Origin: Polaromonas sp.
GTDB taxonomy: Bacteria > Pseudomonadota > Gammaproteobacteria > Burkholderiales > Burkholderiaceae_C
Direction of reading: 5' to 3'
DNA length: 64,000 bases
Assembly: GCA_044357185.1 (NCBI GenBank)
Contig: JBIKPY010000006.1
Coordinates: forward strand, 4,086 to 68,085
Position 1 is the first letter of the stretch, and every line of letters begins with the position of its first letter. A program made the translations under genes and the position numbers. The notes under the pieces are model-generated. The model did not search any database, had not been told where the DNA came from, and worked only from the letters and a program-made list of their open reading frames with translations. Of the stretch, positions 37,535 through 48,661 are shown in pieces.

Positions 37535-37594
37535 CCATGTGCTTGGGGGCACGAGCCGCCATTCAAGGCGTGAAGTCGTAGCCGACAGTTATGG
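37535..37594 (-). mobile_element. Degenerate attC-like site (60 bp)
   Basis: Minus strand: R'' CCATAAC - TGTCG - L'' GC(T)ACGA - CGCC/GGCG stem - L' TCGTGC - CCCCAAG - R' CACATGG (GTT lost). Confidence 0.55.
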
Positions 37595-37619
37595 GCGCAT
37601 CGGCTTGCAACACGCCGGC

Positions 37620-38096
37620 TTAGCTTGTCCAGCGCATCAACGACACGAGTAGAACCAAAAAACCTGTACCGAGGTTGATGGAGACCCACCTGCGAATCTG
37701 CGCCATGACCGCAGCACCTGCGCTCCACTCGGACGCTGCCACGGCTTGGGCTAGCCTTTTGAAAAGCACGAAGCGGATGTGCATAAAGATTGCCACCATG
37801 ACAATACCGAGCACCGCCATGATGGTCCATGCCAGCGGCATCTCGAAGCTGCCACCCGACTGCACAACTTGCTTGGCCACCCGGCCCAGCATCCAAACAC
37901 CGCTGATTAAAGTGAGCAGCGAAGCCACAAGCACCGCTTGGAAGAAGCGGCCAAGAACGTCATGCATCAGCCGCAAGCGGACTGACGCTTCGAGCTGAGC
38001 GACTGCCGGTCGCAGAAAGAAGTGGGCAAAGGCCATGCCACCGATCCATAGGACGATGGAAAAAACATGAATAGTCTTAAGGGTTGCGTAGATCAT
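37620..38096 (-). CDS. CopD/DUF2269-like integral membrane protein
   Basis: LKTIHVFSIVLWIGGMAF, four TM segments. Confidence 0.82.
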   Translation of the reverse strand: MIYATLKTIHVFSIVLWIGGMAFAHFFLRPAVAQLEASVRLRLMHDVLGRFFQAVLVASLLTLISGVWMLGRVAKQVVQSGGSFEMPLAWTIMAVLGIVMVAIFMHIRFVLFKRLAQAVAASEWSAGAAVMAQIRRWVSINLGTGFLVLLVSLMRWTS

Positions 38097-38133
38097 CAGT
38101 GAGTCCTTTTTTAGCTTATAGCAGGCTCAGGAT

Positions 38134-38286
38134 CTACGCGCTGCCCCAAGCCCATTTCGCCAGCAAGAGCCCAGCCCTTGCAAACAAGACTACCCCCGAC
38201 AGCAGCAGCCCGCAGACCAGCGCTATTGCAGGCATCACGACGATCGGTGGCGTCATATGTGCCGGATACCAGTCACTCGCCAATGA
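38134..38286 (-). pseudogene. Probable orphan fragment of a membrane-protein gene (40 aa from ATG 38256)
   Basis: Open hydrophobic frame DWYPAHMTPPIVVMPAIALVCGLLLSGVVLFARAGLLLAKWAWGSA* immediately after the xth stop. Confidence 0.35.
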
Positions 38287-39105
38287 TCAAAGCGCAAATT
38301 CATAGCCCACCGTGATGGGCGCATGGTCTGAAAACCGTTCGTCTTTGTAAATCGCTTCGCTGCGCGCCAGCGCGGCAAAGGCCGCGGTGGCCAGGTGGTA
38401 GTCGAGCCGCCAGCCCACGTTCTTGGCGTAGGCCTGGCCGCGGTTACTCCACCAGGTGTAGCAGGCGTCTGTCGCAGTGGGTTGCAACTGACGGTACACA
38501 TCGACCAGACCGCCGCCTGTTTTGTCTTGGCGCAGCAAGTTGCTCATCCAGTCGCGTTCTTCGGGCAAAAAGCCGCTGTTCTTTTTGTTGCCCTTGAAGT
38601 TTTTCAAATCAATTTCCTGGTGCGCGATGTTGATGTCGCCGCACAGCACCACTTCGCGGCCGCCGCTTTTGAGCGCCTGCAGGTGCGGGCGCAGCTCGGC
38701 CAGAAATCTAAACTTGGCAGCCTGGCGGTCTTCGCCTGACGAGCCGCTGGGAAAGTAGCAGCTGATGATCGACAGCTTGGACGCCTGCGCGCGGCCGGGG
38801 CTGTCAAAGCGCAGCTCCACATAGCGGCCTTCGGCGTCAAATTCGCTGGAGCCGTAACCGACGATGACGTCGCTGGGTTCGTAACGGGTGTACACGCCCA
38901 CGCCCGAGTAGCCTTTTTTCTCAGCGAACTGAAAGTGGCCGTTGAGGCCGGCCAGTGACTCGAAGCGCCCGGCCATGTCGGGGGCCTGAGCTTTGATCTC
39001 CTGCACGCAAATACAATCGGGTTTGGCTTTTTCAAGCCAGGCTTCGACGCCCTTGCTGGTGGCGGAGCGGATGCCGTTGAGGTTGAGGCTGGTGAGTGTG
39101 AACAA
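38287..39105 (-). CDS. xth: Exodeoxyribonuclease III (TTG start; ATG 39117 alternative)
   Basis: SLNLNGIRS, CVQEIK, GYSGV, CGDINIAH, YTWWSNR, GWRLDY, FSDHAP. Confidence 0.95.
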   Translation of the reverse strand: MFTLTSLNLNGIRSATSKGVEAWLEKAKPDCICVQEIKAQAPDMAGRFESLAGLNGHFQFAEKKGYSGVGVYTRYEPSDVIVGYGSSEFDAEGRYVELRFDSPGRAQASKLSIISCYFPSGSSGEDRQAAKFRFLAELRPHLQALKSGGREVVLCGDINIAHQEIDLKNFKGNKKNSGFLPEERDWMSNLLRQDKTGGGLVDVYRQLQPTATDACYTWWSNRGQAYAKNVGWRLDYHLATAAFAALARSEAIYKDERFSDHAPITVGYEFAL

Positions 39106-39115
39106 GGAATTTCCC

Positions 39116-39814
39116 ATGACAACAAGTAAGGCGGCCAACGACATGCTGGCCCAGGAGTTTGTGCAATTCTCGCTGGATTGCGGGGTGCTCAAGTTCGGGG
39201 AGTTCAAAACCAAGGCCGGCCGCATGAGCCCCTACTTTTTCAACGCCGGTTTGTTTGACGACGGCGCCAAGCTCGGGCGCCTGGCCGGCTTTTATGCGCA
39301 GCGCCTGGTGAGCAGCGGTATCGAGTTCGACATGATCTTTGGCCCCGCCTACAAGGGCATACCTTTGGGTGCAGCGGTGGCCATTGAGCTAGCGCGTCTG
39401 GGGCGCAACGTGCCTTTTGCCTACAACCGCAAAGAGGCCAAAGACCACGGCGAAGGCGGCAGCCTGGTGGGCGCGCCGCTCAAAGGGCGTGTGCTGATCA
39501 TTGACGACGTGATGAGCGCCGGCACCGCTGCGCGCGAGTCAATTGCGCTGATCAAGGCGGCGGGCGCCACGCCGCACGCGGTGGCCATTGCGCTGGATCG
39601 CCAGGAAATGGCGACTGAAACCCAGGCCGACGGCAGTACGCGCGACGTGCCTTACAGCGCAGTGCAGTACGTGCGCGAGCAGGTCGGCTTGCAGGTGTGC
39701 GCAATTGCAGAACTCAGCGACTTGCTGGCCTACCTGAGCGCGCAACCCGGTAACGCCATGGGCGAGCACCTGGTGCGGGTACAGGCTTACCGCGACCGCT
39801 ACGGTGTTCAGTAA
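39116..39814 (+). CDS. pyrE: Orotate phosphoribosyltransferase
   Basis: KAGRMSPYFFNAG, FGPAYKGIP, NRKEAKDHGEGG, VLIIDDVMSAG. Confidence 0.96.
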   Translation: MTTSKAANDMLAQEFVQFSLDCGVLKFGEFKTKAGRMSPYFFNAGLFDDGAKLGRLAGFYAQRLVSSGIEFDMIFGPAYKGIPLGAAVAIELARLGRNVPFAYNRKEAKDHGEGGSLVGAPLKGRVLIIDDVMSAGTAARESIALIKAAGATPHAVAIALDRQEMATETQADGSTRDVPYSAVQYVREQVGLQVCAIAELSDLLAYLSAQPGNAMGEHLVRVQAYRDRYGVQ

Positions 39815-39831
39815 AGCCCGCGGCCTGAGGC

Positions 39832-40347
39832 CTAGCTGCCTGCGCCCATCAAAAACTCAGTTTTGCCGATGGCCACGCCGTTGTGGCGCAGGATGGCGTA
39901 AGCCGTGGTGATGTGGAAAAACATATTGGGCAGCGCCCAGTTTTTCAGGTAGTCCTCGCCGCTCATGGTACGCGTGGCGGTCTTGCCGGACGGGAAGGTG
40001 ACTTGCTTGTCTTCCAGGCCGTCGAGTGCGGCTGGCGGCACGGTTTGCAGCCAGGCCAGCGTTTTGTCGATGCGGCCCACTAACGCTTCAAGCGTTTCTT
40101 CGGTGTTTTCATACACCGGCGCTTCAAGCCCAGAGACGCGCGCCGCCCACAGCTTGCCGGCGTCGCAGGCAATAGAAATCTGCCTTTTGAAGGGCAGCAT
40201 GTCCGGCGCCAGCCGGAACTGCACCAGCGCCTGTTCGTCATAGCCGCGCGCCAGCACGTCAGCCTGCGCCTTGGTCAGAAGGTGGCGCAGATTGCCCAGA
40301 AACTTCGCAAAAACAGGAAGGCTGGCGGAAGAAAGCGAGATGGTCAT
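39832..40347 (-). CDS. DUF1993 (DinB-like) family protein
   Basis: RLAPDMLPF, PNMFFHITTAYAILRHNGV.IGK. Confidence 0.9.
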   Translation of the reverse strand: MTISLSSASLPVFAKFLGNLRHLLTKAQADVLARGYDEQALVQFRLAPDMLPFKRQISIACDAGKLWAARVSGLEAPVYENTEETLEALVGRIDKTLAWLQTVPPAALDGLEDKQVTFPSGKTATRTMSGEDYLKNWALPNMFFHITTAYAILRHNGVAIGKTEFLMGAGS

Positions 40348-40397
40348 GGTGCAGGTTCCTGAGGGTTGAGTTGAAAGCGGAAATTCGTGCTCGGTGA

Positions 40398-41891
40398 TCA
40401 GCTGAGTTTTTTCTTGAGCATGTCGTTGACTTGCGCCGGGTTGGCCTTGCCTTTGCTGGCCTTCATGGCCTGACCGACCAGGGCGTTGAAGGCCTTGGCA
40501 TTGCCGGCTTTGTATTCTTCAACGTTCTTGGCGTTGGCGGCCAGCACTTCATCAATGATGGCTTCGAGCGCGCCGCTGTCGTTCATTTGCTTGAGGCCTT
40601 TGGCTTCGATGATGGTGTCAACGTTCTCGGGTTGAACTGGTTCTTCGGCGGCCCAAAATTCTTGAAACAATTTCTTTGCGCTGGCATTAGAAATCGTGTC
40701 ATCGACGATACGGCTGATGATTTTGGCAAGCGTACTTGCCGGGACGCGAAAAGTCTCCCCATCTTCGCGCACTTCTTGTGCCCTAGGCCCGTCGTCATCT
40801 CTAGCGCCATCCGTAAAGAAGCGTCGAACCTCATTGATAACCCAATTGGCAGCCAATTTCGGCTGGCTGCATGAAGCGGAGGTGCGTTCAAAGTAGTCGG
40901 CAAAAGTTTTGCGCTGCGTCAGCTGTGCAGCGTCGTATTCCGGCAGGCCATAGTCGCGCACAAACCGCGCCGCCATCACCCAGGGAAGCTCCACCATCTC
41001 GGAGCGCACGCGCTCCACCCAGTCGCGGCTGATCACCAGCGGGGGCAGGTCGGGGTCGGGGAAGTAGCGGTAGTCGGCGGCGTCTTCTTTGGTGCGCATG
41101 GCGCGAGTCTCGCCCGTGTCGGGGTTGAACAGCACCGTGGCTTGCTGGATCTCGCGGCCCTCTTCAATCTCTTCAATCTGCCAGCGCACCTCATAGTCAA
41201 TGGCCTGCTGCATGAACTTGAAGCTGTTGAGGTTTTTGATCTCGCGGCGCGTGCCCAGCGCCGCGCCGGGCTTGCGCACCGACACATTCGCGTCGCAGCG
41301 AAAGCTGCCCTCTTGCATATTGCCGTCACAAATGCCAATCCAGGTGACGATTTCTTGCAGCTTTTTGGCATAGGCCACGGCCTCGTCGCTGCTTCGCATG
41401 TTGGGCTCGGTCACGATCTCCAGCAGCGGTGTGCCGGCACGGTTCAGGTCAATGCCGGACTGCCCAATAAAGTCTTCGTGCAGCGACTTGCCGGCGTCTT
41501 CTTCCAAGTGCGCGCGCACCAGGCGCACAGTTTTTTTCTCGTCGCCCAGCATGAAGCTGACCTCGCCGCCCTGCACCACCGGAATCTCAAACTGACTGAT
41601 CTGGTAGCCCTTGGGCAGGTCGGGGTAAAAGTAGTTTTTGCGCGCGAAGATGCTGCGCTCGGCGATGTGCGAGCCCAGTGCCAGACCAAGCTCGATGGCG
41701 CGCTCGACCGCGCCAAGGTTCATCACCGGCAGTGTGCCGGGCAGCGCTAAGTCCACCGCGCAGGCCTGGGTGTTGGGCTCGGCGCCAAAGGCGGTGGGCG
41801 CACGGCTGAAAATTTTGCTTTGCGTGGAGAGCTGGGCGTGGGTCTCAAAGCCGATCACCACTTCGTAGCCCTGAACCAGTTTGGCGCTCAT
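40398..41891 (-). CDS. gatB: Asp/Glu-tRNA amidotransferase subunit B
   Basis: [56 protein letters not shown]. Confidence 0.97.
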   Translation of the reverse strand: MSAKLVQGYEVVIGFETHAQLSTQSKIFSRAPTAFGAEPNTQACAVDLALPGTLPVMNLGAVERAIELGLALGSHIAERSIFARKNYFYPDLPKGYQISQFEIPVVQGGEVSFMLGDEKKTVRLVRAHLEEDAGKSLHEDFIGQSGIDLNRAGTPLLEIVTEPNMRSSDEAVAYAKKLQEIVTWIGICDGNMQEGSFRCDANVSVRKPGAALGTRREIKNLNSFKFMQQAIDYEVRWQIEEIEEGREIQQATVLFNPDTGETRAMRTKEDAADYRYFPDPDLPPLVISRDWVERVRSEMVELPWVMAARFVRDYGLPEYDAAQLTQRKTFADYFERTSASCSQPKLAANWVINEVRRFFTDGARDDDGPRAQEVREDGETFRVPASTLAKIISRIVDDTISNASAKKLFQEFWAAEEPVQPENVDTIIEAKGLKQMNDSGALEAIIDEVLAANAKNVEEYKAGNAKAFNALVGQAMKASKGKANPAQVNDMLKKKLS

Positions 41892-43351
41892 GCTGCGGCT
41901 CCGGGTTGTTGTTGGTGATGAGCAGTGGCCAATTGGTACTGGTGCGCCACGTTCAGCAGCTTGGCTTCTTGCAAGTAGTTGCCAATGAGCTGCAGCCCCA
42001 CCGGCATGCCGCCTTCGCCCAGGCCCACGGGCAGGCTCATGCAGGGCAAACCGGCCACGGACGCGGGCAGGGTAAAGATGTCTGCCAGGTAGCTGGCCAC
42101 CGGGTCGTCGGCTTTGTCGCCCAGCTTCCAGGCGGTGGTGGGTGCCACCGGGCCGGCAATCACGTCGCATTGGGCAAATGCGCTTTGAAAATCATCGGCA
42201 ATCATGCGGCGGATTTTTTGCGCTTGCAGGTAGTACGCGTCGTAGTAACCGTGCGAGAGCACATAGGCGCCGGTCATGATGCGGCGCTTGACCTCCTGGC
42301 CAAAGCCCTCGGCGCGGGACTTTTTGTACATGTCGGTCAGGTCGGCAAAGTCAGCGGCGCGGTGGCCGAATTTGACGCCGTCAAAGCGGCTCAGGTTAGA
42401 GCTGGCCTCAGCCGGAGCGATGATGTAATAAACCGGAATGGACAGCTCGGTGCGCGGCAAGGCAATGGGCACCAGTGTGGCGCCTTGCGCTTGCAATTGC
42501 GCCAGCGCTGCGTCAATGGCGCTGCGTACATCGGCGGCCAGGCCCTCACCAAAAAACTCTTGGGGCACGCCCACGCGCAGGCCTTTGAGGCTGTGGCCCA
42601 GGCCGGCAGAAAAATCTTCTGCCGCCACATCCAGCGACGTTGAATCACGGTCCATATCAGGCCCGCACATGGCTGTTAGCAGCAGCGCGCAATCTTCGGC
42701 GCTGCGCGCCATCGGCCCGGCCTGGTCCAGGCTGGAGGCGTAGGCCACCATGCCGTAGCGGCTGGCGCGGCCATAGGTCGGTTTGATGCCGGTGATGCCG
42801 CAAAACGCGGCGGGTTGGCGGATGGAGCCGCCGGTGTCGGTGCCGGTGGCGGCAGGTGTCAGGTGCGCGGCCACGGCAGCGGCGCTGCCGCCGGACGACC
42901 CGCCGGGCACATGCGCTGTGTTCCAGGGGTTGCTGACCGCGCCATAGGCCGAGTTTTCGTTGGCAGAACCCATGGCGAACTCGTCGCAATTGAGCTTGCC
43001 CAAAGTCACCATGCCGGCCTGGCGCAGGCGCGCAACCACGGTGGCGTCAAAGGGTGAGCGGTAGCCGCTGAGCATGCGTGAGCCAGCGGTGGTGGCCAGG
43101 TCTTTGGTGACAAAAACGTCTTTGTGTGCAATCGGCACGCCTTCGAGCGGGCCGGCGGTGCCAGCGGCCAGTTTGGCGTCGGATTCACGGGCCTGGGCCA
43201 GGGTGACTTCGCTGTTGATGTCTAAAAACGCGTTGTGCGGGTTGCCGCCCAAACGGGCTAAAAAACGGGTGGCGACTTCAACCGCGCTCACTTTTTTGTT
43301 TTTTAGCAGGGCCGCGAGCTCGGCCACGCTGTGCTTGTGCAGTTCATCCAT
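41888..43351 (-). CDS. gatA: Asp/Glu-tRNA amidotransferase subunit A
   Basis: [43 protein letters not shown]. Confidence 0.97.
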   Translation of the reverse strand: MDELHKHSVAELAALLKNKKVSAVEVATRFLARLGGNPHNAFLDINSEVTLAQARESDAKLAAGTAGPLEGVPIAHKDVFVTKDLATTAGSRMLSGYRSPFDATVVARLRQAGMVTLGKLNCDEFAMGSANENSAYGAVSNPWNTAHVPGGSSGGSAAAVAAHLTPAATGTDTGGSIRQPAAFCGITGIKPTYGRASRYGMVAYASSLDQAGPMARSAEDCALLLTAMCGPDMDRDSTSLDVAAEDFSAGLGHSLKGLRVGVPQEFFGEGLAADVRSAIDAALAQLQAQGATLVPIALPRTELSIPVYYIIAPAEASSNLSRFDGVKFGHRAADFADLTDMYKKSRAEGFGQEVKRRIMTGAYVLSHGYYDAYYLQAQKIRRMIADDFQSAFAQCDVIAGPVAPTTAWKLGDKADDPVASYLADIFTLPASVAGLPCMSLPVGLGEGGMPVGLQLIGNYLQEAKLLNVAHQYQLATAHHQQQPGAAA

Positions 43352-43354
43352 GGC

Positions 43355-43663
43355 TTATTCAATCACTTTCGGAACCAGAAACAGGCCGCGTTCCACGGCC
43401 GGTGCGCTGCGCTGGTTGGCCTGGCGGTCGTTGGGCTCGCTGGCCTCGTCGGGGCGCAGGCGCAAATGGATGGGCGGCATGGTGGGCATGGCGTCCAGCG
43501 GGTGGGCCATGGGCAGCACGCCGTCGGTGTTGACCTGGCTGATTTGCGTGACGATGTCAAAGAAGGCGTTGATCTGGCCGAGCATTCGCTCGCCCTCTTC
43601 GGGCGCAAGCTCCAGGCGGGCCAGGTTGGCGATGCGGGCGATGTCTTGGGGTGTCAGTGCCAT
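43355..43663 (-). CDS. gatC: Asp/Glu-tRNA amidotransferase subunit C
   Basis: [18 protein letters not shown]. Confidence 0.95.
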   Translation of the reverse strand: MALTPQDIARIANLARLELAPEEGERMLGQINAFFDIVTQISQVNTDGVLPMAHPLDAMPTMPPIHLRLRPDEASEPNDRQANQRSAPAVERGLFLVPKVIE

Positions 43664-43859
43664 GGCTTTGAAAAAAAGGGCTGAAACGGGGTGTAAGTCA
43701 GAAGGCTGCAGGTGCGCCACAGCCCTTGTCCTGTGGGCGATGCGTTATTATCCCGCCTTTGGAGTTGTCGCTTGCGCCAGCCAGATAATGGTGCGCTTTC
43801 ACCCCGGTTTAGGCGCCGGCCGCACGCGCTTAAACCTAAAAAAATTTGATACCTGGTGA

Positions 43860-44945
<1,086 letters not shown>

Positions 44946-44988
44946 GCGCCGCTCGCTGACAACTTTTTTGTAGTGAGCGTATCCAGCC

Positions 44989-45906
44989 ATGCCTTTAGGA
45001 ACGCTTGACCGCACCCCGCCGCCCTTCTTCAAGCAGGGTGCATCGGCTTTTTCTAAACTGCTTTTGTTCAGCGCCATGGCCCTGTTTTTGATGGTGGCCG
45101 ATTCCCGTTTTCAAATGACCCAACCGTTGCGGGCGGTGCTGGCGACTGCGCTTTACCCCGTGCAGTGGCTGGCCATGCAGCCGGTACATGCCCTGCGAGC
45201 CATGGGCGATTACTTCATCAGCCTGGAGTCAGCGAAAACCGAGTCCCAGGAAGCGTCCACCAAACTTTTGTCGCAGGCGCTTCGCGCCACTCAGGTTGAG
45301 CAGCTCACGCTGGAGAACAAGCGCTTGCGCACTTTGCTGGACTTGCGCGAGCAACTCAAGGTGGAGGGCATGGCGGCAGAGGTTTTGTACGACGCGGCCG
45401 ACCCTTACACGCGCAAAGTGATCATCAGCAAAGGTATGACCTCGGGCATTGCGCTCGGCTCACCTGTGATTGACGAATCGGGCGTGCTTGGGCAGGTCAC
45501 GCTGGTCCATCCTTTGGTCAGTGAAGTCACCCTCATCATTGACCGTGACCTGGCGATTCCGGTGCTCAATGTGCGCACCGGCGTTCGCAGCCTTGCTTTC
45601 GGCGATGCCGCAGGAGGCGGTGGACTGGAGCTGCGTTTCATGGGCAGCAACACAGATGTTTTGCAAGGCGACCTGCTCACCACCAGCGGCGTTGACGGCG
45701 TCTACCCGCCGGGTTTGCCCGTGGCCCGCATCGATCGGATAGAGCGCCGCGCCGAAACGGCTTTTGCCCGCATTCATTGCATACCTTTGGCGCTGGTTTC
45801 CGGCGTGCGACATGTGGTGGTGCTCACGCCGCAGTCTTCGCAAATTGCACCCCGGCCGCCTGAAGCTGCGCCTGTCGCCCCTGTCAAGAAAGGCGGCCGC
45901 TCATGA
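44989..45906 (+). CDS. mreC: Rod shape-determining protein MreC
   Basis: TM + coiled coil (LENKRLRTLL), GDLLTTSGVDGVYPPG. Confidence 0.95.
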   Translation: MPLGTLDRTPPPFFKQGASAFSKLLLFSAMALFLMVADSRFQMTQPLRAVLATALYPVQWLAMQPVHALRAMGDYFISLESAKTESQEASTKLLSQALRATQVEQLTLENKRLRTLLDLREQLKVEGMAAEVLYDAADPYTRKVIISKGMTSGIALGSPVIDESGVLGQVTLVHPLVSEVTLIIDRDLAIPVLNVRTGVRSLAFGDAAGGGGLELRFMGSNTDVLQGDLLTTSGVDGVYPPGLPVARIDRIERRAETAFARIHCIPLALVSGVRHVVVLTPQSSQIAPRPPEAAPVAPVKKGGRS

Positions 45907-46421
45907 TCATGCGCGGAGGGCAGCAGCTTTTGTTGCCGGCCAGCCCCACCTTCATCTGGGCCAGTCTGTTGACGGCGCTTTTGTTGGACATGCTGCCTTT
46001 CGGTCGCAACCCCTGGATGCCCGACTTCATGGCCTTGGTGCTGGTGTTCTGGAATGTGCATCAGCCGCTGCGCATCGGCATTGCGCTGGCCTTTATGTTT
46101 GGTTTGGCTGTGGATGTTCACCAGACCGCGCTGCTCGGGCAGCACGCGTTGTCTTACACCACGCTGAGCTTTTTTGCGACCATGATCCATCGGCGGCTGC
46201 TGTGGTTTCCGATGTCATCGCAGGCCATACAGGTTTTGCCCTTGTTTTTTGTATCGCACATGGTGGACCTGTGTATTCGCCTGGTCAATGGCGATGCCTT
46301 TCCGGGCTGGAGTTTGTTGCTGGCACCTTTGATCGAGGCCTTGTTATGGCCTGTGGTCAGCGTACTTTTGCTGGCACCGCAGCGCCGGGCGCCGGACCCG
46401 GATGAGAACCGGCCCCTTTAA
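45903..46421 (+). CDS. mreD: Rod shape-determining protein MreD
   Basis: PDFMALVLVFW, GLAVDV, LGQHALSY; position in the operon. Confidence 0.93.
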   Translation: MIMRGGQQLLLPASPTFIWASLLTALLLDMLPFGRNPWMPDFMALVLVFWNVHQPLRIGIALAFMFGLAVDVHQTALLGQHALSYTTLSFFATMIHRRLLWFPMSSQAIQVLPLFFVSHMVDLCIRLVNGDAFPGWSLLLAPLIEALLWPVVSVLLLAPQRRAPDPDENRPL

Positions 46422-46426
46422 AAATA

Positions 46427-46531
46427 TGGCCCCCACGCTTGTCGCTTCGCGTACTGCGCTGCCCCCCGAGGGGGCTGGCCTTGCTCGGGGCGGCCCGGCG
46501 CTGCGGCCTGTGGCCCCCACGCTTGTCGCTT
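46427..46531 (+). repeat. About 84-bp GC-rich structured intergenic element with a 21-bp direct repeat
   Basis: TGGCCCCCACGCTTGTCGCTT at 46427-46447 and 46511-46531; internal CCCCC-GA-GGGGG hairpin. Confidence 0.8.
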
Positions 46532-46544
46532 TGGCTGTCGCAAC

Positions 46545-48632
46545 ATGATTGAGCTGCGCAATATTGAAACGGACCTGAATCGTTTTCGCGACCGGGTGCT
46601 GGTGGCGAGCATGGTGATGTTGCTGGCTTTTTTTGTGCTGGCGCTGCGGCTGGTGTATTTGCAGGTTATTCGCTATGACGACTTGAACGAGCAGGCTGAA
46701 AGCAATCGCACTGCGATCGTGCCTATCGTGCCCAACCGCGGCTTGATCCTGGACCGCAATGGCGTGGTTCTGGCCACCAATTATTCGGCCTACACCTTGG
46801 AGATCATGCCGTCGAAGGTGGCCAATATAGATGCCACCATTGAGGCGCTTGCGCAGTTCATTGACATTCAACCGCGTGACAAACGGCGCTTTAAAAAATT
46901 GCGCGAGGACACCAAGAGCTTTGAGTCTTTGCCGATTCGCACGCGCCTGACAGACGAAGAAGTCGCGCGCTTTGCAGCGCAGCGCTTTCGCTTTCCCGGG
47001 GTGGACATCAAGGCCCGGCTGTTTCGCAGCTACCCGTATGGTGAGTTGGGCAGCCACGTGGTGGGCTATATAGGCCGTATCAACCAGCGCGAGAAAGAGC
47101 GCATCGAAGAAAGCGACGAAGAGGGCAATTACCGCGGCACCGATTACATCGGCAAGCTGGGCGTCGAGCAGAGTTACGAGACGCAGTTGCACGGCATCAC
47201 CGGCGTCGAGCAGGTGGAAACCTCGGCCGGCGGGCGCGCCATCCGCAAGCTGGCCAGCAGCCCATCTACACCCGGCAACACGGTCATGCTGAGCATTGAC
47301 ATCAAGTTACAAAAGCTGGTGGAGGACATGTTCGGTGACCGGCGCGGCGCGCTGGTGGCCATAGACCCTCGCTCGGGTGAAGTGCTGGCCTTTGTCAGCA
47401 AGCCGACGTTTGACCCGAACCTGTTTGTGGACGGCATTGACAACGAAAGCTGGCAGGCGCTGAATGAATCGATCGAGAAACCGCTGCTCAACCGGGCTTT
47501 GCGCGGCACCTACCCGCCCGGGTCGACCTATAAACCGTTCATGGCCATGGCCGCGCTGGAGGCCGGCAAGCGAACGGCCGGCACCGTTATCAATGACACC
47601 GGCTCCTGGACTTTCGGCGGGCACCAGTTCCGCAGCCACGGGCTACCGCTGGGGCCTGTGGACATGCACCAGAGCATCGTTAAATCCAGCAATGTGTACT
47701 ACTACTCCCTGGCCAATGAGTTGGGCGTAGAAGCCATCTATGACTTCATGATGCCGCTGGGCTTCGGCCAGATCACCGGCATCGACATCAATGGAGAAGT
47801 GCGCGGTGTGTTGCCCAACCAGCAATGGAAGCGCAACAACTACAAAAAGCCGGAGCAACAAAAATGGTACGCCGGCGAGACGATTTCGCTTGGCATCGGC
47901 CAGGGTTACAACGCATTCACCATGCTGCAGCTGGCCCAGGCAACGGCTGTGCTGGCCGCCAACGGCATCAAGCACAAGCCCCGCCTGATTCTCGGCACCC
48001 AGGACAGCGTCACGCGCGCACTGGTGCCGGCTGTCATTGAGCCGCCTGAAGACCTGAATTACAAGCCCGACAATGTGGAGGTCGTGCGGCGTGCCATGGT
48101 GAGTGTCACCCAGGATGGCACTTCGGCCCGTGTCTTTGCCGGCGCCAGCTACCTCAGCGGGGGCAAGACCGGAACAGCCCAGGCTGTGTCAGTCGGCCAA
48201 AAAGAAAAGTACAACGCCGCCAAGCTCGAAGAGCATTTGCGCGACCACGCGCTCTACACCGCATTTGCGCCGGCGGATAACCCGCAAATCGCTTTGGCGC
48301 TGGTGGTTGAAAACGCAGGCTTCGGTGCTGCCCAGGCCGCCCCCATTGCGCGGCGTGTGTTTGACTATGTTTTGCTTGGGCACTACCCCAATGAAGACGA
48401 TCTGCAAGCGGTGAAGGCCGGTCAGGCTGCAGCGCCTATGGGCAAGCCGCGTGAAGTTGCCAATGTGAATGTGATGGGAGTCACCGAGCTGCTCCCCGGC
48501 GCCCCGGGTGTGGCGCCGGCCAGCTTGTTCACGCCCTCGGGTGCGCCGCAAGCCCGGCCTAAGGCGCCCGGCGTGCCGCTGGCTTCACCTCCTGCCTCAT
48601 CTGCCTCACCTGCTTTTAGCCCGGCGCGTTAA
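46545..48632 (+). CDS. mrdA: Penicillin-binding protein 2
   Basis: PNRGLILDRNG, PPGSTYK (SxxK), SSN (SxN), GKTGTAQ. Confidence 0.96.
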   Translation: MIELRNIETDLNRFRDRVLVASMVMLLAFFVLALRLVYLQVIRYDDLNEQAESNRTAIVPIVPNRGLILDRNGVVLATNYSAYTLEIMPSKVANIDATIEALAQFIDIQPRDKRRFKKLREDTKSFESLPIRTRLTDEEVARFAAQRFRFPGVDIKARLFRSYPYGELGSHVVGYIGRINQREKERIEESDEEGNYRGTDYIGKLGVEQSYETQLHGITGVEQVETSAGGRAIRKLASSPSTPGNTVMLSIDIKLQKLVEDMFGDRRGALVAIDPRSGEVLAFVSKPTFDPNLFVDGIDNESWQALNESIEKPLLNRALRGTYPPGSTYKPFMAMAALEAGKRTAGTVINDTGSWTFGGHQFRSHGLPLGPVDMHQSIVKSSNVYYYSLANELGVEAIYDFMMPLGFGQITGIDINGEVRGVLPNQQWKRNNYKKPEQQKWYAGETISLGIGQGYNAFTMLQLAQATAVLAANGIKHKPRLILGTQDSVTRALVPAVIEPPEDLNYKPDNVEVVRRAMVSVTQDGTSARVFAGASYLSGGKTGTAQAVSVGQKEKYNAAKLEEHLRDHALYTAFAPADNPQIALALVVENAGFGAAQAAPIARRVFDYVLLGHYPNEDDLQAVKAGQAAAPMGKPREVANVNVMGVTELLPGAPGVAPASLFTPSGAPQARPKAPGVPLASPPASSASPAFSPAR

Positions 48633-48661
48633 GCACGCCCTGCTTGTGCGGCGTGCGGCCT

